Assembly: GCF_009914755.1 (NCBI RefSeq)
Contig: NC_060927.1
Direction: 5' to 3' (one strand)
Origin: the human T2T-CHM13v2.0 reference genome, Homo sapiens
DNA length: 64,000 bases
The notes under the pieces are model-generated. The model saw only the letters and a program-made list of their open reading frames with translations, ran no database searches and was not told the DNA's origin. Positions 27,685-40,008 of the stretch are shown piece by piece. The position numbers were made by a program, and so were the translations under genes. Every line of letters begins with the position of its first letter. Within the stretch, counting starts at the first letter, position 1.

Positions 27685-27990
27685 TTAATTCATGCATTCA
27701 ATAAATTTTATTGAGTACCAACCATCCCAGACACTATTCTAGGGAATGCTGTCCTTGCCCTAAATATCATATAGGCTATTAGAGACATCTGCTATATGAA
27801 CACATGAGCATAGCATTTGATGAGTACTATAATAGAGGATAATAGAGTTATGGAATAATCAATTTTGTTTATGTCTGGGGTCTTGGAAAGTGCAGAAAAG
27901 GAGGTGTTTAAATACAGTCATTTAAGATGAGTAGGAGGAAGGTATTCCAAACTGGGAACAACACGCACAAAAGCATGGGGAAATGTAGTG
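27685..27990 (-). mobile_element. L2 3' fragment containing copy 2 of the 220-bp repeat (27748-27967)
   Basis: TTCATGCATTCAATAAATTTTATTGAGTACC...CCAGACACTATTCTAGG continues into the repeat. Confidence 0.7.
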
Positions 27991-29291
27991 CATGAAACAG
28001 CATATAAAACAACCAGGGGAAATTATTATAGTACTAAATTTATGATAATAACTATAGTTTGGAGAAGGTATATGTGATGCCTGGTGAAATTGAAAATATA
28101 TAAAGAGATAGATGTATACATTGAATTTGTTGCCAAAAGATAGCTGAGTAGAAATCAGTAAAGGTGAATAGAGATCTATGTGTAGACAGCTGTATAACTG
28201 AAGTTATAAAAGCGGTATATGTCCTATTACATTTGTGTAGTACTCTGAGTAGAGGAGAGTTTCTATAATAAAAAGTATAGGTAATAATTTGGGATGAAAG
28301 GAATGAGTCTACATTATGAAAATCATAATAGTTAAGAATAGGAATTTATGTAAAACATAACACTTGGGGAGATCCTGAATTTTCTAAGTACAGGATGACA
28401 TAATTACAAGCTGTTTGAATGTTTATCATAAATATCACTACATCAAAGGACAAGAGTTTCTCTCCCTCTTTCTTTTCCATTGGCCACTGCCAACCCTGTC
28501 ACTACAACAGTTATACCTTAAAGATATTCTTTGGAGAAGTTAAGGTTAATTTGAGGATATGGGGGAGATCAGGAAGTGATGAGAGGAGTCATCTAAGGTG
28601 TGAGGTGAAGTTGAGGTGGAGAGGAAGAACAATAGAGAATTTTGATGGGTGTCTTGCTTACATAGGCCATCTCATTTAATCCTCCAAAGAAGCCTGAAAG
28701 GAAGGCTGTTCTATTGTGTTGCCATGAAGTTGGTGAGAAATTTAGTCCTAGGTGGTTTAGTAAGTAGAACTGAAAATCAAATTTAGGGTCTGTCTGCCTC
28801 CCAAGGAATGTAAAATCTCAAGGAATATAAAAAAAGAGATGTGCCTTCAACAGTCTTGTCTTTCAATGATAAGGGATTTTAGTGAATCAGATACAAATTG
28901 AGGAAAGAATTGTCTTTAATTTGAAATTCCAGAGTATTTGGAAACATTTATCACTTATAGGGCAATATGCAAAGATTTTTGATGTTCTTGTCTTTCTGTG
29001 TTGTTTCTTCTTATCCTACAAGTTTCATTTTTTGAGAAGATTTTCAATGTTACTAGCTAAGTTGGAAGGCTTTGTAACTGTTACTATCTTTCTCATTACA
29101 TTTATAAGACTGTGACATAATTGTTCTTGCCTTTTTCTGTCAGTGTCTTTAGAATAAAGAATGTCTTTTTAATTTCTGCATCCCTGCTGCCTGATTTTAC
29201 TGTCTGTACATAGTAGGTAATCAATATTTGTTCAACAATTCAATGGATGATAAAAAACTAAATGCATCAATAAAAAGTATAAATGACTTTG

Positions 29292-31672
29292 TGATGTGGT
29301 TTGGATTTGTGTCCACACCCAAATCTCATGTTGAATTGTAATCCCCAATGTGGAGGAGGGGCCTGGTAGGAGGTTATTTGATCATGGGGGTAGATTTCCC
29401 CTTTGCTGTTCTTGTGATAGTGAGTTCTCACAACATCTGGTTGTTTGAATGTGTGTAGTACCTCCCCCTTTTCCTTCTTCCTCCTGCTTTAGCCATGAAA
29501 GACATGCCTGCATCCCCTTCACCTTTCACCATGATTGTGTGAGGGCTTCCCAGGCATGCCTGCTGTATAGCCAGTAGAATCATGAGCCAATTAAACCTCT
29601 TTTCTTTATATATTACCTAGTCTCAGGTAGTTCTTTATAGCAATGCAAGAATGAACTAATACAGAAAGTTGGTACCAGGATTGGGGTATTGTTATAAAGA
29701 TACCTGAAAATGTGGAACCAACTTTGGAACTGGGTAATGGGCAGAGGTTGGAAGAGTGTGATGGTATCAGAAGAAGACAGAAAGATGAAGGAAAGTTTGA
29801 AACTTCCTAGAGAATTGTTGAATTGTTGTGACCAAAATGCTGATAGTAATATGGACAATGAAGTGCAGACTGAGAATGTCTCAGATAGAGATGAGGAACT
29901 TATTGGGAACTGGAGCAGAGGTCACTTTTGTTATGTGTTAGCAAAGAATTTGGAGGCATAACAAAGAATGTTATGCCATTGCCCTAGAGATCTTTGGAAC
30001 TCTGAACTTGAGAGAGATGATTTAAAGTATCTGGTAGAAGAAATTTCTAAGCAGTAAAGTGTTCAAGATATGGCCTGGTTGCTTCTAACAGCATATTCCT
30101 TTGAGTGAGCAAAGAAATAATCTGCAACTGGAACTTATATTTAAAAGGGAAGCTGAGCATAAAGGTTTAGAAAATTTGTAGCCTGGCCACGTGGTAGAAA
30201 AGAAAAACCCATTTTCAGGGGAGAAATTCAAGGCCACTGCAGAAATGTGCAAAAGTAAAGAGGAGCCAAGTGCTAATAGCCAAGACAATGTGGAAAATAC
30301 CTCAAAGACATTTCAGAGACTTTTGTGGCAGCCTCTCCCATTGCAGGCCTGGAGATCTAGGAGGGAATAATGGTTTTCTGGGCCATACCCAGGACTTTGC
30401 TGCCTTGCACAAAGGCGGGACACTGCTCCCAGCATCCCAGCCACTCCATCTCCAGCCATGGCTAAAAAAGCCCCAGATACATCTCAGCTTATAGCTTCAG
30501 AGAATGCAAGCTATAAGTCTTGCTGGCTTCCACATGGTGTTAAGCCTGTGATGCACAGAGGGCAAGAGTTGAGGCTTGGGAGCCTTCACCTAGATTTCAG
30601 AGGATGTATGGAAACACTTGGATGTCCAGGCAGAAGTCTGTTGCAAGGGCAGAAACCTTATGAAAAACCTCTACTAGGGCAATGTGAGAAGAAATGTGGG
30701 ATTAGATCTCCCACAAAGAGTCCCCACTGGGGCACTGCCAAGTGGATCTGTGAGAAGAGGCCACTGTCCTCCAGATCCCAGAATAGTAGATCCACTGACA
30801 GCTTGCATCATGCACCTGGAAAAGCTTCAGGCACTGAATGCCAGCCAGTGAAAGCAGCTGAGGGGATTGTACCCGGCAGAGTCACAGGGGCAGAGCTGCC
30901 CAAGGCCTTAGGAGCCCACCCCTTGCATCAGTGTGGCCTGGACATGAGTCATGGAGTCAAAGGAGATTATTTTAAGCTTTAAGACGTAATGACTGCCTTG
31001 AAGGGTTTCAGACTTGCATAGGGCCTATACTCCCTTTTTTGGCTGATTTCTACCTTTTAAAATGAGTTTATTTACCCACTGCCTGTACCCCCAGTGTATC
31101 TTGGAAGTAACTAACTTGTTTTTGATTTTACAGACTTATAGACAGAAGGGAATTGCCTTGTTTTATACGTGACTTTGGACTGTGGACTTTTGAGTTAATG
31201 CTGAAATGAGTTAAGACTTGGGGGACTGTTGAAAAGGGACGACTGTATTTTGCAATGTGAGAAGGAAGTGAGATTTGGGAGGGACCAGGGGCAGAATGAT
31301 ATGGTTTGGATTTGTGTTTCTGCCCAAATCTCATGTCCACTTGTAATCCCCAATGTTGGAGGAGGGGTGTGATGGGAGGAGATTGGATCATGGGGGTGGA
31401 TTTCCTTCTTACTGTTCTCATGATAGTGAGTCCTCATGAGATCTGGTTGTTTAAAATTGTGTAGCACCTCCTCTTTGCCTTTCCCTCCTGCTTCAGCCAT
31501 GTAGACATGCCTGCTTCCCCTTCGCCTTCTGCCATGAATGTAAGTTTCCTGAGGCCACCCTAGCTATGCTTCCTGTGCAGCCTGTGGAACTGTGAGCCAA
31601 TTAAACCTCTTTCCTTATAAATTATTCAGCTTCAGATTGGTTTTTATGGCAATGTGAGAGCAGACTAATACA
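29292..31672 (+). mobile_element. Complete MSTA-like MaLR provirus: LTR 29292-29663, internal 29664-31296, LTR 31297-31672
   Basis: Two TG...CA LTRs, purine tract before the 3' LTR, MaLR internal ORF remnant (WNWVMGRGWKS..EEDRKM), 5-bp TSD CTTTG/TTTTG. Confidence 0.93.
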
Positions 31673-32367
31673 TTTTGGGTTTAATTTAATGATGATTTAT
31701 CAACTACTAATTATTTTCTGGATGATGACCTCCATAGTGTTTTCTGTCCTCTAGGAGCTGATAATCTAATGATCCACAGATACAGATAAATCTAAATGAA
31801 AGACAAGCTGTGACAAATCTCTTAAGTATTTAAACAAAGGACTATGGGGGTGAAAATGGGGAGGTGATAGTATCGACAGAGATTCAATACCTATAAGGTT
31901 GACTGGTTGTCCAGAACTGATCATTTAAGAGAGGCATCTGCTACAAATATTTCTTCAAAAGTTTATAAAATATCTTAAGGTCAATATTTTAATAATCCTA
32001 AAATAGTGGCCCCTATACATTACATATATTACAACATGACTATGTACCCCATAAATATGTACAATTATGTGTCAATTTTAAACATTTTTTAAATGAAAAA
32101 TAACTAAATAAATTTTTGAAAAGAGAAAAATAGTCAATATTTTGTCAATAGTCAAATGAAATATTGATAACCTCCAACATAATAAAAAGCAATCACCTCC
32201 ACTCCATCACCTAATTGTCTTCTTCCCTACTGCAGCTGTTTTGCTTTCAACTAGTTCTTCACACTTATGCAGTACTGATTTTCTGAAAGCAAATCTCTTA
32301 CTATTATCCTTCTCAAACCCTACAGACCAAGCCTAGATGTTGTAGCCTGCTATTGAGGCCACCATGA

Positions 32368-32878
<511 letters not shown>

Positions 32879-33434
32879 CACTTATTTTACTTTCTATTCA
32901 TTTACCTCCATGCTTCATCTTCCTTACTACATTGAAAATCCTTGAAGGCAATAATATACATCTGATTTATTTTTGGGCATTCATTCAGTGCTCAAAAAAG
33001 CATCTTTTAAGTAGAAATGTTAGATAGATATTTATTTGATAAATAATTTTGAATATATAATGAATGAATGTAATCTCTTTCACCTAATCAGTTTTCAAAT
33101 ATTTCAATAATAATAATGTAAGTGAATAAAACGCTGTACACTTATAAATCAAATGCTCATTTGTGGCATGCAGTTAACCTAGACTTGCATTCCTTCCAAG
33201 ACAAATGCTATTATAATGTTAGCTTTGGATGAAAATCAAGGTTCAAACTGAAAAAGGCACTATGCTAAGTACTGAAGATGGGTTTGTAGATATAGCTTAT
33301 GTAAATAAGACATGCACATGAAAAATTACCTAATAATAAGGAGAACATATGCTAAGCCATACTGACCCAGTATACTCAATGAGTATTTCTGGAAGTGAGT
33401 GTTCGGGGAATTACCATGAAGTGGTTACAGCTTA

Positions 33435-34000
33435 CAGACACAGACTTTTGCTTGAGACAAACCTGGTTTGAACACTGACTCTGTGCAGCCATGTGAACTT
33501 GGACAAACTTGTTGATTTCTCTGTGACTTAATTTCCTGATCTGGGAATTAAAATAGTACTTCATGGAGTGATTGTGATTAAATAAGATTTTATATATTTA
33601 TATATAAAATAAAAAGTATATAAAATCTTATTTAATATTATTTAAGTTAATATATAATATATAATTTTTATATATTATGTACTATATATTTTATATATAC
33701 TGTAATATATTACATATTAAATTAATATATATTAAATAAGATTTTATATATTTATTATACAAATATTTTAATATTTTAAAATATTTATATATTATGTTAA
33801 ATATTAATAGCACTATTTTATATCTATTATATATAAAGTATATATTTTATACATATTAAAATATATATTTATACACATACATGCATACACACACACACAT
33901 ACACACACACACATTTGTAATCCATTTGTCAATCAATCATCTCTCCACTCACCTACTTACCTATAAAGCACAGTGTTTGGCACATAATAAAGTGCTATAA
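33435..34000 (+). repeat. MIR split by an AT-rich expansion (~33590-33870) and (CA)n (~33872-33912)
   Basis: MIR core up to GATTAAATAAGAT, resuming at TAAAGCACAGTGTTTGGCACATAATAAAGTGCT. Confidence 0.75.
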
Positions 34001-34595
34001 TATAAAAATTTTACCACTACTTCTTTGTATGAAGTTTAGGGTAGGCTTCCTGGAAAATACGTGACTTAGGTTGAACTATGAAGGATAAGGGATGGGCAAT
34101 GCATGGAAAAGAGTCTTAGAAAGAATGAATTTAAAAAGTAAAAATTCAGCAAGTAACTGTCTTCTTTTTTTCTGATACATCTCCAAAAAGTAAAGTGCTT
34201 TTAGTTCAGGAAGGCTAAGAAAATGTAAGAGAATGCCTGAAATTATTCTTCTAATATGACTGGTAATGTAAATGTGGCTTTAGCTGCTGCACAGAACTTT
34301 TAACAAGAGCAATAGCCATCAGAAAATGGATATCAATAGAATTAGTATATCTTGTTTTAGAAAAAATCCATAATGTATAAAGAGCACTCAGATCTTGTAG
34401 ATTGACCTGATCTGAAATAAAGTGCCGAGGTTGAGTCACAGTGTCACAGGCCAGGTGACTTAGCTAACCCATTACTTCTGTCTCTTCACTCAAGACTTCA
34501 GTGAGTCCTAAGTCTCATTTCAGGACAGGAGCCCGTGGGGGTACAAGAACTTTGCCCTTGTACCCTTGAACTCTCTGGGCAAATGAATACTCCCA

Positions 34596-34954
34596 TGTAT
34601 TAGTCCATTTTCATGCTGCTGATAAAGACACAGCAGAGACTGGGCAATTTACAAAAGAAAGAAGTTTAATGGACTCACAGTTCCACATGGCTGGGGAGGC
34701 CTCACAATCATGGTGAAAGGTGAAAGGCACGTCTTACATGGCTGCAGAATTGAGAAGAGAACTTGTGTAGGGAAACTCCCCTTTATAAAACCATCAGATC
34801 TCATGAGACTTAATCAGTATCACAAGAATAGCATGGGAAAGAGCCACCCCTATGATTCAATCATCTCCCACTGGGTCCCTCCCACAACTCGTGGGAATTG
34901 TGAGAGTTACGATTCAAGATGAGATTTGGGTGGGGTCACAGCCAAACCATATCA
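34596..34954 (-). mobile_element. THE1A/B solo LTR
   Basis: TGTATTAGTCCATTTTCATGCTGCTGATAAAGAC...GCCAAACCATATCA; TSD TCCCA/TCCCT. Confidence 0.92.
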
Positions 34955-35254
34955 TCCCTTTTGCTTTGAGAGGTGGTTCTGACAATGGAGGAGTATCCTG
35001 CTACCATATTTTTTAGGAGGCAAATGCAAATGGTAGCATTCCATTCTTGGAATGCAAAGTGAGGCTTCTACAGCCTAGAGCTATGGAGTTTGAGATGTAG
35101 TGAGCTATAAGATAACAAACACAGACTCTGGACCAATCATAGGTGACTCAAATGCCTCATTACCCAAATGTCAGTAATTGAGGCAGAGGTCACGGGCTGG
35201 AGTTCTTTAAGGGCACCATCTCTGCATCAGACTGGCTGGATTTACATTTCTATA

Positions 35255-35366
35255 TAGCATGACCAATCATTCAGATGTATTCATGATGGAGAGATTTTCT
35301 GAAACACAGACCTTCAAAGATAAAATTGGGACAGTAGTAGGCAAACTGGTATATTTGATAACCCTA
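35255..35366. mobile_element. MER81-like hAT relic
   Basis: TAGCATGACCAATC...GGGACAGT...GGCAAACTGG...TAACCCTA degenerate terminal repeats. Confidence 0.45.
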
Positions 35367-35532
35367 ACCCACTAGTTGTGTGACCTTGGGCAAGTTACCC
35401 AATTTTTTATGCCTTAGTTTCCCCTTTTATAAAATGGGAATAATAATATTACCCACTTCTTATCTTTGTTGCATAATGTTTTTAACAGAGCCCATTATAC
35501 AGTAAAGTGCTAGTAGTTACCTTCGAGGTGTA

Positions 35533-36016
35533 TGTATTAGTTTCCTATGACTGCTATAAAAGACTACTACAAACATGGCGGCTTAAAACAATAGAAATGT
35601 GTTTTCTCAAAGCTCTGGAGGCCAAAAGTCCTAAATCAGTTTCACTGGGCCAAAAATCAGGGTGTTGCCAAGGGTGCACTCCTTTGAGAGCTGTAAGGGA
35701 GAATATGTTCCTTGCCTCTTCCAGCTTCTGGTGGCTGATGACTTTCCTTGGCTTGTGCCACATCACTTCTATGTCTGCCTCTACTTCACATCTCCTTCTC
35801 TTTTTCTGTATATGGGGTAATCTCCCTCTACCTCTTTTTTATAAGGACACTTGTGATTGCTTTTAGGACACAGCTGTATAATTCAAGATAATCTCCCCAT
35901 CTTGGGATTCTTAGCTTAATTACATTTGCAAAGAAGCCTTTCCCTGATAAGATAAAATTTACAGGCTCCTTGGATTAGAACTTGACAGATTTGTGAGTCG
36001 TTATGCAGCCTACAAT
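35533..36016 (-). mobile_element. MLT1C/D LTR
   Basis: TGTATTAGTTTCCTATGACTGCT...GCCTCTTCCAGCTTCTGGTGGCTG...TATAAGGACACTTGTGATT. Confidence 0.85.
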
Positions 36017-36587
36017 GGTATATTACTACCCTTCCTTAACTTTCTGATCTTTATCCTTTTTATTTATAAAATAGGCACAAATATGTGCCTAGTGGTATTG
36101 TTGTGATAATCAAATGAAATAAGAGCTAGTAGTAGGAGCACATAGTAGATTGAGCTTTCTTATTGCTTTCTCTTTCTCTAATACAGCAATATAGATGCTT
36201 ACATACCCTGTGCTGAGGAGTGAAACTGGGAAGCTATGCATTAGTAACTTCAAGTTAAGATTTCTCTATGATAGTGTTTGTTTATACTATTTGCTGAGAC
36301 CATGATGATATTGGCAATGGTTTCCAAAACAATTTTTTTTAATAACCTTTGGTCACTTCACCCAATGCTAAAGAATTATTCATCACTCCACTCCATATAT
36401 CTACATATTTCTTCCTTTTGAATTTCTTTCATTTTCTTAAAAGTCTATTTAGAGAAGGTGGAAAACCAAATTATTTGCTTCCCATTGAGTACTCAGTGAC
36501 CTTGATCCCAAGAAGTGTCACAAAGGAGTGATGAGTAGAGTAGAGTAGCTGTGAAACCAGACAAAGTATACAGTGTCTACTGGGTGA

Positions 36588-36892
<305 letters not shown>

Positions 36893-37003
36893 TGGGTGAT
36901 TTAATTTTCTAAGAGCCCTCCTTTGCTGCTTTGGGAAACTATAAGGGATAATTTTTTGTTGTCTCCCTAGCATCATGTTTCTCTCTATCCTCACTAGTGG
37001 TAG

Positions 37004-37460
37004 CATATTGGTTTCCTAGAGCTGTCATAAAAAAGCACCATGAACTGAATGGCTTAAAACAATAGGAATTTATTTCTCACATTTATGGAGACTAGACATC
37101 TGTAAATAAGGTGTCAGCAGGGCCATGCTTCCCCTGCAACCTGTAGGAGAGAATCCTTGCTTGCCTCTTCCTAGCTTCTGGTATTTGCCCACAATCCTTG
37201 GCATTTGCTAGATCCTTGTAGATTCTTCAGTTCATATTTCTGCTTCTATCCTCACATGACCATCTTCTCTATGTGTCTGTGTTTATGTCCAAATTACCCT
37301 GTACTTATCAGGACAGAAGTCCCATAGGTCCACCCTAATGACCTTATCTAGTTTGATGACATATTCAAAGAACCTATTTCCAAATAAGGTCACATTCACA
37401 GGTTTTGGGGCTTAGAGCATCAACATGTCTTTTTTGGGAGACACAATTCAACCCATAACA
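37004..37460 (-). mobile_element. MLT1C-like LTR
   Basis: GGCTTAAAACAATAGGAATTTATT...ACACAATTCAACCCATAACA. Confidence 0.85.
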
Positions 37461-37661
37461 AGTGGCTTGATTTTCTTCTGAGAAACCATCATACTTCCAG
37501 TCTCAGGTGTGAGTTTTGAATAGGATTGAGTTGACCCCATTCTCAATTCCAAGGAAGGACTATGACTTATTTAATCAGAGAATTCTGTCCTTATTTGCAT
37601 ATATTTCAGTCAAAACATTAAGACACTAGGAGAAATTTGTAAGTGTTCTTGGGGGAAAAGA

Positions 37662-37667
37662 TTCTTT

Positions 37668-37719
<52 letters not shown>

Positions 37720-37863
37720 TCCTTCCTTCCTTCTCTTTCTTTCTTTCTTTTTCTCTCTCTCTTTCTTCCTTCCTTCCTTCCTTCCTTCCTTCCTTCCTTC
37801 CTTCCTTCCTTCCCTCCTTCCCTCCTTCCTTCCTTCTCTCTTTCTCTCTTCCTCTCTTTCTTC
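37662..37863. repeat. Compound (TTTC)n/(TTCC)n polypyrimidine microsatellite
   Basis: About 202 nt with no purine on the + strand. Confidence 0.98.
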
Positions 37864-37879
37864 ATTTATTTGTTTGGAG

Positions 37880-38142
37880 ACCAACTATGGTAGAAGATTT
37901 TAAAATTGGGGTTGCTAAAGCCATCTGACTACCATTACAGGCAGTAGAATACGAATAAAGTCAACATACAGAAGAAAGAATACCACAATATACAGAAAAC
38001 CACACCCTGATGACATTGTGCCCTGTTAGCACCTGAAACCATCTCAATTACTAGACTTTTTTGTTACCTGAGAATAAAAGAAAAAAAGACTTTTTTTCAT
38101 TTAAGCCAGAATTTCTGTTTTTCCAACAGAACTATCCTAACT
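37880..38142 (+). mobile_element. Old MLT1 (J/K-like) LTR fragment
   Basis: CCTGATGACATTGT...TAGACTTTTTGTTACCTGAGAATAAA...TTTAAGCCA...ATCCTAACT. Confidence 0.5.
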
Positions 38143-38366
38143 TTATTATGATGGAGTTGCAGAGATGGTCTTCACAATAATATACCTAAGGAACTATTAT
38201 TATCTCAATTTTATAAATGAGGAAGCTGAGGCACAAAAAAGTTAATAAGTAGCAGAATGAGTATTCAGACTTCACAGCTTGACTCAAGGGCCCATTCTTT
38301 ACCTACTATGCAATACTACCTTCTTCTTTGCCATCAGGGCTTGTGCAGAAGCAGCTTTGAGAAAGT

Positions 38367-38754
38367 TGTGTTAGTCCATTCTCATACTGTTATGAAGAAC
38401 TACCTGAGACTGGGCAATTTATAAAGAAAAGAGGTTTAATTGACTCACCATTCCACAGGCTGTACAGGAAGCATGGCTGAGAGACCTCAGGAAACTTACA
38501 ATCATGACAGAAGGCAAAGTGGAAGCAAGCATGTCTTATCATGGTGGAGCAAAAGAGGGAGAAATAGTGAAGGGGGAAGTGCCACACATTTTTATACAAC
38601 CAGATCTCGTGAGAACTCACTCACTATTATGAGAACAGCAAGGGGGAAATCCACCCCCATGATCTAATCACCTCCCACCAGGTGTCTCCCCTGCCATGTG
38701 GAGATTACAATTCGACATGAGATTTGGGTGGGGAGATAGAGCCAAACCATACCA
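38367..38754 (-). mobile_element. THE1D/MSTA-type solo LTR
   Basis: TGTGTTAGTCCATTCTCATACTG...GCCAAACCATACCA. Confidence 0.9.
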
Positions 38755-38861
38755 AAGTCTGGATATTTTATATGCATACCACAGGAGAGTCAATAACACT
38801 ACTCAGGATCCCAACCACTCCTACCCCTCTTCCCTCACCCTTATTCATTTTCTGTTGCTGT

Positions 38862-39485
38862 TGTTGACCTAGAGAAAAAAAAACTGAGGTAAACTTAATA
38901 AAAATAGAGAGTTTATTTGGGCCAAGTTTGAGAACTGCAACCTGGGGGCATAGAGCATATATTCAAGTTGTCCTTACTGGAGGTTTTTTTTTTTTTTTTT
39001 TTTGACGGAGTCTCACTCTGTCACCCAGGCTGGAGTGCAGTGGCCTGAACTCGGCTCACTGCAAGCTCTGTCTCCCGGGTTCATGCCATTTTCCTGGCTC
39101 AGCCTCCTGAGTAGCTGGGACTACAGGTGCCCACCACCACGCCCGGCTAATTTTTTGTATTTTTTAGTAGAGATGGGGTTTCACTGTGTTAGCTAGGATG
39201 GTCTCGATTTCCTGACCTCGTGATCTGCCCACGTCAGCCTCCCAAAGTATTGGGATTACAGGCATGAGCCACCGCACTTGGCAGTTACTGGTAGGTTTTT
39301 AAAGGAAAAGAAGAGGCAGTTTCTAAGTTGTTTACCAAGGATTTATATTAAAATAATGTAAGCTATTAAATGGCTATATATTGTTATTTGCACTACAAAT
39401 TCCAGGACTATGAAAATAATGGGTGAGGCAGCTAGTAAGGAACAAAATGACTTTTTAAAAATTGTCCCTGGGGATGGGTGGGGGT
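38862..39485 (-). mobile_element. ERV1 (MER4-group) LTR fragment interrupted by an Alu
   Basis: AGAGAGTTTATTTGGGCCAAGTTTGAG...GGTTTTTAAAGGAAAAGAAGAGGCAGTT; exact family not resolved. Confidence 0.6.
38984..39283 (-). mobile_element. AluY-like element
   Basis: GCAAGCTC, CCATT, GGACTACAGG; TSD about TTACTGG(T)AGGTTTTT. Confidence 0.93.
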
Positions 39486-39488
39486 ATC

Positions 39489-40008
39489 AGCTAGACTCCA
39501 GGGTAAGATTGTCTTCCCTCTCTGTCCCCTTCTCATCTCCCTTTCCTGCTGAGAGCTACTTTCATCAGCAATAAAATCCCCTGCATTTACCATCTCCAAT
39601 TTGTTTATGTGACCTCATTCCTCCTGAATGCCAGACAAGAACTCAGGAGCAGGTGCAAAAAGCTGTTGCACTGATCCTCCACTGAGCTGTTAACACTTAA
39701 GTCATCCATAGATGGCAAAGCTAAAACAGCGCTGCCTGTAACACTCTTTCTGGGGCTTCAGGGATCAAGGGCACCTCCCTAGATGCTGCTGTGGTGGTGC
39801 AGGGAGTTTTGCTCTTGTTGGCACCCAAAACCAGCAGCCCTGGCTCCTGCACCTGCTCATCTGTGCTCCTCCTCCTGCAAAGGGTGGAATATAGTGGGAC
39901 CGAGCAAGTGGTATCCATCTCTGCTGCAGTGAAGCAGCTGGCTAGTTCTAGCACCCATGCATTCCAGTTCCTACCCACGAAGAGGTCAGTGAAAATTTTC
40001 CTGCTTCA
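39489..40008 (+). mobile_element. MER52/LTR27-28-like ERV1 LTR, 3' part
   Basis: AGACTCCAGGG.AAGAT..TCTTCCC...AATAAAATCC...CACTGAGCTGTTAACACTTAAG...TTCCTGCTTCA. Confidence 0.7.

Noticed and set aside
30458-30982. 174-aa ORF
   Set aside because: Lies in the MSTA internal region; typical MaLR remnant
37618-37903. KERK-rich and FLSF-rich ORFs
   Set aside because: Translations of the microsatellite
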